Shown here in pieces: positions 27,020 through 39,938 of a stretch of DNA of 64,000 bases (the stretch's first letter is position 1; each line of letters starts with the position of its first letter). The notes below the pieces were generated by a model that saw nothing but the letters and a program-made list of their open reading frames with translations, was not told where the DNA came from and ran no database searches. The stretch is from assembly GCF_009914755.1 (NCBI RefSeq), contig NC_060925.1. One strand, given 5' to 3'. Source of the stretch: the human T2T-CHM13v2.0 reference genome, Homo sapiens. A program made the position numbers and the translations under genes.

Positions 27020-27845
27020 CATGTATATTTATTTATTTACATAATCAGGATTATACAGCATGAAGACATACTGTTCTGTAACCCGTTTTTCTCATTTAGC
27101 AATATAGAGTAAGTATTTTCCCATGTCATTAAAAATTCTTGGAAAATGTAATTATTAATGGCTAAGGAATGTTATAATTAATAATGGCTAAGGAATGGCT
27201 AAGGTATCTAGATGTACCATAGTTTATTTAAGCACTCTCTTACTGTGGAAGATTTTGGTTGCTTCCTTTTAAAAAAAATTTCAATTATAAATAATGAATG
27301 TCATTGGGTATAAATTTTTGCCTGAATTTCTAAGTATTTCCAGAGATGGAATCCTAGCTGCAAAGGATATGGGTGGTTTTTCTGTTAAGGTTTTTAATAA
27401 GAAGTCCCAACTTGTATTTTAAGTTTTAATACATAGTTCCACTTCTGTTTTCCAGAAGAGAGACACCCATTTAAATGACTAACAACAGGATATGAGAGCA
27501 CTATAAGGTTTGACCCTTTCAAGCAGTGGGCATTACCATTTCTTAAATCTTGTCTTCTATTTCTTTGATTATTAGCAAAGTGGAATGTCTTTTCACATGC
27601 TTATTTGTATTTCATCTTCTGTGAATTATGTTACTCTCCTGTTTTGTAATTGAAGTGTTAGTATTTATCTTAGTGAATTGTCAGAGCGCTCAGTGAATAA
27701 TAGGGACATTAACAAAGAATCTTTGTTTCTTTGTTTGCTTGCCTTTAATTGTGTTTATGTTGTTTCTCAAATACACATATTTTTAACTCTCTTTGTTGTT
27801 AATGTTGCTTTGTTTAGAAAGTCCTTTCTCATCCCAGAATGGGTT
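27020..27845 (-). mobile_element. Ancient L1ME 3' relic
   Basis: 'gatgtaccatagtttatttaa', 'ttttggttgcttcc', 'tcttttcacatgcttatttgtatttc'. Confidence 0.65.
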
Positions 27846-28199
27846 TAGAACCCTGCTGACTATAAGGCATAGGTCTGTTGCATAAATTCTCTCCTTCTGT
27901 CCTCCAACCATGCCATGAAGTAAGCATTATCATCCTCACTTTGTTATTTTTTACTATGTAAAAATTTCAAACATACACAGAAGAAAATAAATATATTGAT
28001 TCTGGGATTTGCCTCAAGATAATGGGGGCGGGCATGAGGGTAGGGAGAGGACCAATAAGAATGACCATGAGCTGGTGATGATTGTAGTTAATGATGAGTT
28101 CATGGGGGTTCTCCCGACTTTTGCAAGGTGATGTGACCTGGTTGACACTTCAGGAGGCCAAAAGGGGAGCTATTTCCTGGCCCCTTCCCTATGACAGGC

Positions 28200-28395
28200 A
28201 CTGCCCTGGGATCCCTGAATCATCCTACTGAACCCCACCACTAAGGGGAAGGAATCATTGGTCCCATTCTACAGATGAAGACACTGAGATTCAAGGGGAT
28301 GAATTACTCAAGGTCACGTGATGGATAAGTGCAGAAACAGGATCTGAACTCAGATCATCTTGACCCAAGTTTTATGTTCCTTCTACTGGGCCAGA
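28200..28395 (-). mobile_element. MIR
   Basis: 'cccattctacagatgaagacactgag...caaggtcac'. Confidence 0.75.
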
Positions 28396-29178
28396 CTATT
28401 TCTTTGGAGGCAGAAAGTTTAATGAAAGAAAAGATAGACATCTTTCACAGAGCTTGGCTTAACCACACTCCCGGGAGAGGGCTCTGATTAGAAGTTAATC
28501 CGATTTTAAAAAAATAAGAAATATAATTCTTCTTGTTTGGCTGAATTTATGGACCAAGATTCAGACCTGCTACTCATTCATTTTGTCCATCATAATCTCA
28601 GCAATCATTCTGAGCACCTGCATGAATTGGTTTACAATTCAAAACAAAAGTAGAAACAAATTAAAAGAGTTCAATACCAGTGATGCAATCAGAGTCCCCC
28701 CACCCAAAATGGCCCTCTCACTTTGCATCACAGACATTTGGCCAAGACCTTTCTTTCTAACATAACACTTCATTCACGTCCTAGTGTTCTAGTCAACTAT
28801 TGCTACAATAATGCCGCATAAGAAACAACCCCAGAATCTCCGTGGCCTACAACAGCAAGCACACACTGCTCCCCCATGGTCTGCAGGTTGGTTCTCTAGA
28901 CCCCTGCCCTCAACCCCCAGGGACACTCAAATACATAAGAAATTTGCCTATATATTAAAGCCTCATAGACACACACAGATTTTGATGAAACCAAAAGTAT
29001 AACGTGAATTTGTAACCTTATTAACAGTACAGCTGAGGCAGGGATGGGACTGGGGACACAGTTCCCATTCCCCTGGCCGTAACTCTTTCTCTGTCTCATT
29101 CACTCAGAAACCGTGTTGGAATTTGAGAAAGTGAGAGTGTTATCATGACAGAGAGGTCCTTGAATCTGCTCTGATTTA

Positions 29179-29180
<2 letters not shown>

Positions 29181-29207
<27 letters not shown>
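29181..29207 (+). repeat. Poly(T)27 tract not attached to a retroelement
   Basis: Read directly. Confidence 0.95.
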
Positions 29208-29211
<4 letters not shown>

Positions 29212-29371
29212 AATCACTCACAGCACTGGTGCTTTATCATTCACCACAAATCACTCATGGTACAATGTCACAGTCCTACCCCCAAGAACAGTGGAATTAC
29301 ATAGCAGCAGGTAAGAAATGTAAGCCATTTAGTTATTGGGACAGCATATATTAGTTAAGCATCTACTATGA

Positions 29372-29865
<494 letters not shown>

Positions 29866-30719
29866 TTAAAAGGTCATTGGAGTGGATGATAAGTGCAATA
29901 ACTGCCAGGGAAATCAAGCGAGGTAGTTGGACAGAGCAGGAGGAGGCACATCAGGGTTGACTTCTGCGGGAGGTGTAATGGATTGAGTCTTGAATGGCAA
30001 GAAGTCAACCATGCACAACTGGAGCAAGTGCATTCTAGGCAAAGGGAACTGCAGGGACAAAGCCTGAAACAGGAGCAGAAACAGAAAGGAGTCTGGCATG
30101 GCTGCAGTAGAATGAAGGAGGGGAGGGGGCAGACCAGTGGGAGAGGCAGAAAGGAACACCTCACAGAGGCCCTGGGGGCCTGGAGCAGGGGTTGGGATTT
30201 TCCTCTGATATTGGAAGACCCTGGAATGTTTCCACACGGGAGTGGCATGATCAGACAGGATCTCTCTGACTGCCCCAGTGACCACCCAACAGAGCTGGCT
30301 CATCTGGCTGACTGCACAAGGTCTCTCCTCATTTTCCATGGCCCTTCCCCTGAACTGCACTTCTGGAGAAAAAAAGGAGGACCCTCCAGAGAAAAGGGGG
30401 AGCCCCTGTGGCCCAGGAAAACCAGCAGCTGTGTTGCCTTCCATGTGCAATGGAAGCTGCAGTATTTTTCCTTCCAAGCAGCACTTGTAACTTCCCAGAA
30501 AACTTCAGCACATGCAATGGGATAAACCCACATGGGTGACTCTGCTGACCACAGCGCCAGGCACTAGGGCTTGCAGTCAGGGAGAAGTAGGAGATACACA
30601 GGACCTTCAGCAGCTTTCCTGTGCCAGCTGCCCTTCAGCCAATGCTAGGCCCCAAGTGGATTCTCCCAGGTCCTGTGGCCCAAGAGGTGAAATTCCCTCC
30701 AGCATCACCACATCTTACA

Positions 30720-31170
30720 GATCCTGAAGAGCTGTACTTGCCACAGCCCTCAGCTATCCCAGGAGGCAGCCAGGGCAAGACTGCTTGTCCCCACTCACAA
30801 ATGAGAAAACCAAGGCATAGGGAAATGAAGTTTGAGCCCAGAGTCACGGAGGTCTAAAGAACAAGGCCTGGAATTGAACCGGGCACTTCTTGCCACAAAC
30901 TCAGTGCTTTGGCCTTTCTTAGTTCTTCTGCCGCAGTCAGAGGCAACCCCAGGAGAGTCTACCATGGACGAGGCATTGCTCTGAGAGCTTTACACATATG
31001 AATAGATTTTATCCTCACAAAAATCCTGTGGGGTGGATACTACTACTATCCACATGTTACAGATGAAAAAACATAGACAGAGACATTTGATACCTTGCTC
31101 AAGGTCACACAGGGCTAGAAAGTGGCACAGCCAAGATGTGAACCAGTCTTTATCACTATGCTATGCTGCA
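30720..31170 (-). mobile_element. Two MIR copies
   Basis: 'acaaatgagaaaaccaaggcatagg...gcccagagtcac'; 'ttacagatgaaaaaacatagac...caaggtcacacag'. Confidence 0.7.
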
Positions 31171-31405
31171 CCTTACACTCATCTGTGGAAGGAAGGGAAA
31201 GGAGGGGAAGGGAGCGGGACAAAAGCGTATGAACATAGCATGCTACTTGTATATTTGTGTGTACAGCTGTCCGTGGGTGTGCATGTGTGGGTGCACCAGT
31301 GTGTATGTACACACTTGGGTGTGTGTGTAGGTCTGTCTTCACATGAGGGTTTTACCGAGTGCTTATCACCTGCTTTTTATTTTTTGTGTTTCTATGCACA
31401 CCTGA

Positions 31406-31757
<352 letters not shown>

Positions 31758-32609
31758 AGGTGTGGTTTTAGGTGTATCTTCTCGTAAGTGCAGGCATGCA
31801 CACAGGCACTGGCATGCATATTTATGTACCCATGCATATGGCTGCATCCAAGCATATGAGTGAGTTTGTTAGTGTAACTGTGCCTCCCCACAAGTGCGTA
31901 TTATGAGGGCAGGTATGCTTTTTCAGTGCATGTGTGTGAGTATGTGGGTGTATGTGACCTTGAGCATTCTCCTGTGCAGATGGATGTGATTTTGAGGGCA
32001 GGTGCACCTATTTATTTACGCCCTGTTGTCTACGGCTGTGCTGGTGTGCCCAGGAGTGCACATACTCTTGGGAGCTGTTCTGCTTGGCCCAACTCCAGCC
32101 AGTGCTCCACAAGAAAGACAAGGGGAGCCCCGAGATTAAAAGAGCCTCTCTGCGGGGTCAGAGTTCTGCACCATCATCACCAGAAACTCTGCAGAAAACA
32201 GGTTTTGAAAGTGGACAAGAAATTGATATGTTTGTTATCTAAATCCTGAATTATTTTCCCCCTTGCTTTGGGGTGTTTGGAAGCTGCCTGCAGCACCTTA
32301 GAGAGATGCTGTGTGCAACCCATTGCAACCTGCATGTGATCGGGTGCTGAAGGAGAGGGGAAGGTCATTTTCAGATGAGCTTCTCCAAGGATGTGACTGC
32401 CAGCAGGCTCAGGAAGTATTAGCTGCTTGCAGTCCTCCCTCAGCACTGGCCCTGCCCAGCCTGCACCTGCCTCTGCCAGCCAGCTTACAGGGGACAAGGA
32501 TGCAAATAGGGAAAGTGGGGAGGAGCTGCAGAGTGGGGAGTCTGGGGAGAAGAAAGGGAGGACTTGGCCAGGGATGTGGGGCTCTGTTTCAATGGGCCTT
32601 TGGTTTATA

Positions 32610-32960
32610 ATTCCACACGTCCTGTGTTTGTTCGGCTTCAGCTTGCATAACTCCAGAGATGGGCTACTCACTACCTCTTGAAGTCACCGGTTCCCATTAG
32701 CTATTAGGAAGTGGGGTCATTCAGCATTTCACGGCCCACTGTGTGCCCAGCAAGGCTGCCACCCTCCTGGAGCCCACTGTACTGCAGTGGACAGGCACAG
32801 CTACGTTTGTTCCATCTCATTATTCTGTCCCAAGGGCTGTCCTCAGCACCTGCACTGCAGAAGTGGGCACATCATTTCCCCTGTAACCAAAACATTCCTC
32901 TTCCTTTTACAGCTCCTCAAATGCTGGGACATGGAGTTCTGTCTCTACTTCCCTCATTCT
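32610..32960 (-). mobile_element. L3/CR1 relic
   Basis: 'gcttgcataactccagagatgggctactcactacctc'. Confidence 0.5.
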
Positions 32961-33801
32961 ATCCTTGCCCTGCCCCACTCACCACCTCCTCTCCAGCCCC
33001 CCTGCTTCCCAAGGGAGGCCGCTGGAGCCTGAGGCATGCACTTCCCAGTCTTGGCAAGGCTATGGGGCCCAGGCAGTTCTCAGACCCCAGGGCCCAGATG
33101 CTGAGAAGAGAGGAAGGAAAGGAATCCCTAGGTACTCTCTTGGCACAAGACAAGGTCTCTTGGAGGCTGAGCCTCTCTTACTCAGGAAGGCCCTGGAGTA
33201 TTGGCCAGAGACAAAGCATGAAGTTCTCTGACAATACTAGTAAGAAGGCCACATTTTACACCAATAAAAGGACTATATCTCTGGCTAAAACAGTGATGGT
33301 GGGAGATTGAGAGAAAAAACAGAAGAGTCATAGGGAGAGAGAGACAGAGACAGATACAGAAACAGAGAGACTAGCAGAAATAAAGACAAAGAAAAATGTG
33401 CACAGAACAGAAAGAGACAGACAGAAAGATATAGAGTCAAAGAGAGAATCAAAGCAACAGTCTCGGAGAGACAAGGATGAGAGGCTCAGAGATGGGAACA
33501 GATAAAGATGGTCCTAGAGACAGGGAGAGATGCTCATCAATGGACATATCAGCCACAAAAGTGGGAAGAGGGGCCCGAGACCCAGAAATCCAGAGACACA
33601 GAGAGGGATGCCCACGTACCTCCCAGACTTCCTTTTTACTCTCTTGACTAATTTTTTTAAAAAGCAGAAGAAATAAAATGGTTTGATTTGAAGTCACTTC
33701 CAATAAAGATCCATGTGCAATAAAGGATAAGCATGAAAGGGAAAAGGCAAATCTAAACTGTTGTGGAAGAAGGAAAAAACTAATTATACCGAAGACCTAG
33801 C

Positions 33802-33968
33802 TGTGGTTACTTTAGTGGCCTGCAATGAACTACCTGATTTTCATGCCTCGTGTACACCCATGACCTTGATTCTGGGCTGGCCCTGTAATCTCCTTTTACC
33901 AATAGGATGTGGTGGATGTGACACTGTGCCAATTCTGAGCCTAGGCCTTAAGTCCTGGCAGTTTCTGG

Positions 33969-34011
<43 letters not shown>

Positions 34012-34351
34012 CGCACGCACCTGAGTACACACGCTTTGGGGAAAGCCATCCACTGTCTAAGATGTTAGACTGTACTGAGGCCATCTTGCTTATGTGAAGA
34101 TGCCTAAGCTAATCACCTTGAGAGATCATGTGGGGAACAAGAAACTCAGCCAACAGTGAGAACCAAGGCCCCAGATATACACCCTAAATCAAACTGCGCC
34201 ACAGCCCTCAGCTGCACACACAGAGAGCAGAGGTCAACTCTCCCCACTAAGCCCTGCCCAAATGCAGAATCATGAGCAATAACAGAATTGTTGTATTTTA
34301 AGTCATTACATTTTGGGATAGTTTGTCATGTAGGAATAGATTGCTGAAATA
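33802..34351 (+). mobile_element. MLT1F/G-like MaLR solo LTR
   Basis: 'ttctgagcctaggccttaag', 'aagccctgcccaaatgcagaatcatgagcaa', 'ttttaagtcattacattttggg'. Confidence 0.8.
33971..34020. repeat. (GT)16(GC)6ACGCAC microsatellite
   Basis: Read directly. Confidence 0.97.
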
Positions 34352-34609
34352 CCAGGTTACTACAGTAGCAGTAATTAAGTCTAGCAGATTCCCTAATTTC
34401 CTTTGGCTGATGGATTATGTGGGAGACTCAGAGCATCTCTTTCCCCTGAAGAATAAAAGTGATACTCAGCTCCTTAATTGTAAAATCAGCAAAAGTCCAT
34501 CATTGGCAAACTGGAAAGAAAATGGTAATTCACAGACTTACCTGCTGTGGAATAGCGATGCTGCTGCTGCTAATGATCAGTGACTGACTAACGATGGGTA
34601 AAGAGAATC

Positions 34610-34750
34610 AGCGCTACATTTTTTATTAGCACTTACCACATGCCAGTTTATCCCATTTTATAGAAGAGAAGACAGAGGCACAGAGATGTGAAATGACCAC
34701 CCAAGGTCTCACAGCCAGTCCTTGTCAGGGCCAGGATTTGAGCCCAGAAC
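34610..34750 (-). mobile_element. MIR
   Basis: 'cccattttatagaagagaagacagaggcacagagatgtgaaatgaccacccaaggtc'. Confidence 0.75.
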
Positions 34751-35687
34751 CCAAATTAGATTAGAAATCAAGCCGAACAAACAAATCCCTACCCAGGAAC
34801 TACAAATTTAGGGGCCACCTCTGTATCCCAAAGGCCCTGAGGCCAAAATGCTCACCAGACATTCCTGGGAAGTGGGCAGTGGGGAGGATGGGCCAGTGCT
34901 CTCGCCCTCTCTCGGGGTGGGCTGGCTCTAGGGTGGGGTCTGTTTTTCTCTAGAGCCCCGGGCAGACGAGCACCCAGGGAAGGCCCCCCATCAGGTCCAC
35001 CCCACCGTGGCCCCGTGCACTGGTCTAGCAGGGCAGCAGCCCATGCCTGCAGACTCTGTCTTGAGGCCTGGAGGAATCACTTGACTCTGAGATTGTTTCC
35101 AGGAATACTTTCGCTTCTGTTATTATACTGCCTTCCCTGACACCCCCTCCCCCCAGTACTTTTTTTTTTTACACTAAACTTTCTCTGAATTCACCTGATT
35201 TTTCCCATCTCCTTTACATTCTTTATGGCAATGGAGAAATAATCACCGCTTCTCCGGCAGGGTGATGGGAGTGTGCAATATTAACTGTAAATCAGGCAGA
35301 AATTGGTAGAAGGGGAAGGGTTTGATGAGGTGCAGAGACATTATATCATTTTAAAGCACTTTTCTGGTCTCCAGTAATCCCCATGTAAATGAAAAGGAGG
35401 CGACCGTGCCTCTCTCTCCCAGGCTGCCTTGAGGAATGCAGAGAAAATACTCCTGGAAAGCGGACCTGGGGCAGAGGAAGGTTGGCTGGGGCTGACAGGG
35501 GAGGCAGAAATGCCCAAGACGATGCCCCCAGCCCCTCCACACCAGGGCTGTGCTCACGCTGGGACTGGAATCATCCTGGCCATGCTGCGCCTTCGTGAAA
35601 GATGAGGACCCGAGGCTATGGACCGGGAGGCGTTGGTGCTATTCACCAACAGGGGGCAGGGCTGCATCAAACCATCTGCATCTTGTA

Positions 35688-35880
35688 GCCCGGTGGTCTC
35701 AACCCGAGTGGTACTGCCCCCAGGGGAGCGTCTGGAATGTGGGGCCTCCAGGGACTTTGTCCATTGTCAAATGTCTTGGAGGCACTGCAGAACTTGGTAG
35801 AAGCGTAACATCCTGTAATGCGCAGAAGACTCCCACATAACAAAGAATTGCCCCTCTTAAAATGCTGGTAGCTTCCCCTC
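35688..35880 (+). mobile_element. Degraded MER20/MER20B-like element
   Basis: 'gtggtctcaacccgagtggtactgcccccagggg...acatcctgtaatgcgc...aacaaagaattg'. Confidence 0.65.
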
Positions 35881-36056
35881 CGTGCCATGCTCACACAAAG
35901 AACTTCACTTTCCTGAAGAATGACCATCTATGGAGACTTATAACTGCAGGGCCCATCGCCAGGGAAGGTTCATTCTCTCCCTGACCTCCCAGGTTCCTTT
36001 AAACTTAAGTCAGTTCATTTAGGCCTACTGGCTGCTGCTTCAGCTGAATTCAGCTA

Positions 36057-37165
36057 CCTGCGTTTCATCCAATCTCAGGTGTTATTGATTGATTGTAAAG
36101 GAAGGCACTGTTTTATAGACTACTAAAAAAGGAAAAAATGCTGCAACTCGATGCTTTCTCATTGGTTAGATTTTTTTTTTTTTTACTTTATACTTATTGA
36201 AAGTGTTCTTTCATACTTATTTAATCATTGTATATCATGGAATGTTACAAGTGCGGTAAGTTAGCTACCATATTCCTAACCTTCCCATTCAGGGTCCAAT
36301 CTTACGCATCACTTTTCAATTCAAAGTCACCAATGTCCATGTTTCTCCACGTGGAGTTGAGACAGGATAGTTCCCTTGACCCACTTCGTGGGCCAGAACT
36401 GGAGTGGCTCATTTCACTCAGCCCGCCGCTGGCCACTCCTCACAGGAGGGAACCAGAGTGTGGAAACCACAGCAACCAGCCAGTGGCTCCTCTCTGGCGG
36501 GAACAGCCTCTGTGCAGGCCCTGCAGCAGCGTCCAAGCGTGTTACAACCAATGTTCTTTCAGCTCTGCCGTCCAGGGATGGCCAAGTACCAACCAACTCA
36601 GTGGAGGGTCAGGGTGACAGCCCCTGCCCTCTTGGCACCCGGGTTCTTGTCTGGCGTCCAGGAAGAATCAGGTCACACAAACTGTTTGAAAGGTGATGGA
36701 TGTGGACGACTTTATTGAGCAGTGGGTGGCTCTCAGCGGAAAGGGAAGCTGGAAAGGGGATAGGAAAGTGATCTTTCCCTGAAGCCACACCATCTGAAGT
36801 CATCAGCATCTATCCATAGTCTCCGATGCTCAGTTGCTTTTATGCTCACCGCTCAGCCGCTTGTATCCTCAACGCTCAGCTGCTTGTATTGCTCTCAGAG
36901 CTTTTATGGGCACAGGATAGGGGTGGGGCAGGACAAATGGGCAACGTGTGGGTGGAAAACCGCGGTCAACTATTTTCACTTAGGGCCGGGGTTCTATGTT
37001 TAAGGGTGGAGTTTAGCTGGGAGCCCAGCCCTTCTGCATAGAATCATCATTAGTGACATCAAGAGTGGAGATGATGCTGCGTTTCTTCAAAGAGGGCTCC
37101 ACTCCTGTCTCTGGGATTTTCTTCTGAGCTGTTGATACCCATTTTACATTTGTGGTGCTGGCTGT
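36057..37165. mobile_element. TcMar-Tc2 (Kanga1-like) DNA transposon relic split by an LTR
   Basis: Terminal-like 'ctgcgtttcatccaatctcagg...gattgtaa'; minus strand 37141-37043 reads WVSTAQKKIPETGVEPSLKKRSIISTLDVTNDD, a pogo/Tc2-like transposase C-terminus. Confidence 0.65.
36358..37040 (-). mobile_element. ERV1 solo LTR (LTR27/LTR28/MER52 group)
   Basis: Ends 'tgagacaggatagttcccttgaccc' and 'ggagcccagcccttctgcata'; minus-strand AATAAA; 4-bp TSD-like gagt / gaat. Confidence 0.8.
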
Positions 37166-37167
37166 TC

Positions 37168-37335
37168 CTTTTTTATTTTTACTGATACATAATGGATGTA
37201 CATATTTTCAGGGTACATGTGATAACTTGATATATTCATATAATGCGTAAAAATCAAATCAGGGGTAACTGGGATATCTATCACCTAAATATTTATCTTT
37301 TCTTTATGCTAGGAACTTCCAATTATTCTCTTATT
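37168..37335 (-). mobile_element. L1MA 3'-end fragment
   Basis: 'gtacatattttcagggtacatgtgataacttgata...aaatcaggggtaactgggatatc'. Confidence 0.8.
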
Positions 37336-37341
37336 CCTACC

Positions 37342-37645
37342 TTTTTTTTTTTTTTTTTTTTTTTTGAGACAGGGTCTCACCTTTTTACCAAGGCTGGAGT
37401 TCAGTGGCTGGATCTCAGCTCACTGCAGCCTTGACCTCCTGGGCTCAAGTGATCCTCCCACCTCTAAGTAGCTTGGACTACAGGCACACGCCACCATGCC
37501 CGGCTAATTTGTTTCTTTTTTAAGTAGAGATGGGGTTTCGCCATGTTGGCCAGGCTGGTCTCCAACTCCTGATCTCAGATGATCTGCCCGCCTCAACCTC
37601 CTCCCAAAGTGCTGGGATTACAGGCGTGAGCCACCATGACTGGCC
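37342..37645 (-). mobile_element. AluJ
   Basis: 'ctgcagccttgacctcctgggctcaagtgatcctccc'. Confidence 0.93.
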
Positions 37646-38189
37646 ACTAGCTTTTTCTTGATCTTCCCAGAATGTGTCAACAAAAAGTTTCAGACAATAA
37701 ACAAAACTTATTTCCTTTTCCAAATGGTCATCAAATATTTTGTTGATGGGCCTTCAGGGGCCTGCCTGCTGGCATCTGACCAGGTCTCCCAGCATAACTG
37801 CATCACCACATCAGTGAAGGGAAGGCGCAGCCTCTGGGGGCCGTGTCACTACCCCTGTCTGAATAGCAGCAATTGTAAGATGATAAGATGGATCCTGATT
37901 ATAGAGATGCTAAAATGGGAAGAAGTGTATACCTCAGAATCTACAAAATACATTAGAATATTAGTTGGTCTTTATGGATAGATGCCCAGAGCTCCAACAG
38001 AGACACCTTAGCACTGAAACAAAGACTGCTTGAGAGGCCCGGGAAGGTTTTTCAGACAAAGATGTACTTTAGACAGACAAATAAATGGAAAGAGGTTTCC
38101 AGGCAGCAAGAATTTGTACAAAGCAGTATAAATATAGAATTTTAGGAAGAGAGAGAAGTCCAGTGCGCCTGGATCATGAGGTACATTGG

Positions 38190-38730
38190 GTAGAAATGTG
38201 GCAGGAACTGGGTTGGACTCCCGGGTCTGTAATTTCATATCTGTGTGACCTTGGATGGTTTATCACTCTCAGCCTTAGTTACCTGAACATCAAACAGAGA
38301 GGTCCTCAGCCTCAGAACTCCCAGGGCACCAAGCAGTACAATTTGAAAAACAGTTCTAAAGGCATGAGGATTGACAAAGGATCTCAAAACATGAAGTGCA
38401 CATGGTCAGATATGTGTTTTAATAATAATGACAACAATAGGAACCACTGATGCAATACCTACTATTTGCTAAGCCCTTTGTAATTATTAATAGAAGCTAC
38501 TGTGTATTATTTGCCAGACACGGTGATAAACATTTGCCTTCAGTATTTCATTTGGTCCCCACAACATCTCTCCGATGCTGCTTTTTATTATCTCCATCTC
38601 ATAGAGAATGAAAGTGACACTCAACTCGATGATCAGACTTGCCCTAAGTTCCACTGACATCGGTGGCAGAACCAGGACCAGAACCTAGACTGCTGACATT
38701 GAGACCTGGTTGCCATGACTCCCTGAGTAA
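38190..38730. mobile_element. MIR fragments, both orientations
   Basis: 'ctgtgtgaccttggatgg...agccttagtt' (+); 'gacttgccctaagttccac...cagaaccaggacc' (-). Confidence 0.6.
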
Positions 38731-39644
38731 CTGAAACTCCTGGAAAGTTGCAGAGGTTCCCTTGCACAGCATATTCTACAGACTTCCCTGGGAGAAGCCT
38801 TGTCTCTCCAAGCACAAAGAACGGCTGGAATCAAAATTCCATGTGCATCCTAATTTCTGTGCATAATATTTTAAATGACAAATCAGGCTGCAATCAGAAA
38901 GCCCCTAACCAAAATTCAAGCCATATGCAAACAAGCTGTGGTCAACATCCACACGGGAGGATCAGCTCAGGGAGCCAAGTCTCAGTGGGAGGGTCTCTAA
39001 ACTGGGGGTCCCCCGGGAACGCAGCCTAAGGGACTAGAGGCAGGCGCCTGATTTCTCTGCCAACTGCCTGCAATTACAGCAATTCTCTCAGTGCTGCAGA
39101 CTCCCAGGGAAGAGTCATCTGCCGTTTGCTTAAACTGATTAGGAATTACTTTCCCTGTGTCAGAGTCATCCCTGAATCTCAGCAGTATGCAGAGTTGCTG
39201 TCCAGGCTTCCAAATCAACACGGATCTTCAAGATTCCAGGATCATCTCAGCTGCCCTCAGTAGTCTGGGGATTTTTGTTTCTGCTCTTTTCCTGTCTTAC
39301 CAGGTTTTGTGCCTAGCGTGCTACCTAAGTAACAGCAGTGTCCACTCCCTTCAGGCCTCACCTGGGGGAACTTCTGAAAATACAATTCAGAAGCTTCTCC
39401 CCACTCCCATTCAGGGGTCATGTGGTCCTTCCAGAGCTTGGGTGGGCCTGGACAGTGCTAGGAGGTGGCCACTCTGTGGCCAAGGACTGGCCTCCCATGA
39501 GATGGGCCATCCTGTCCCCTGAGCTGCCCCTGGCCAGAAGAGTATAATGGTTTCTCTATTGTGCCCAGCTCCTGGACACCAACAAGGTGCTCCTCAGCAT
39601 CCTTCTCCTGGAAGTTTCTTGTCTTTATTGATGTATTTAGTCAG

Positions 39645-39938
<294 letters not shown>

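Noticed and set aside
33310-33610. GA-rich purine tracts here, at 5350-5580 and at 53030-53190 as triplex DNA
   Set aside because: Degenerate, with no clear mirror symmetry. Ordinary low-complexity sequence.
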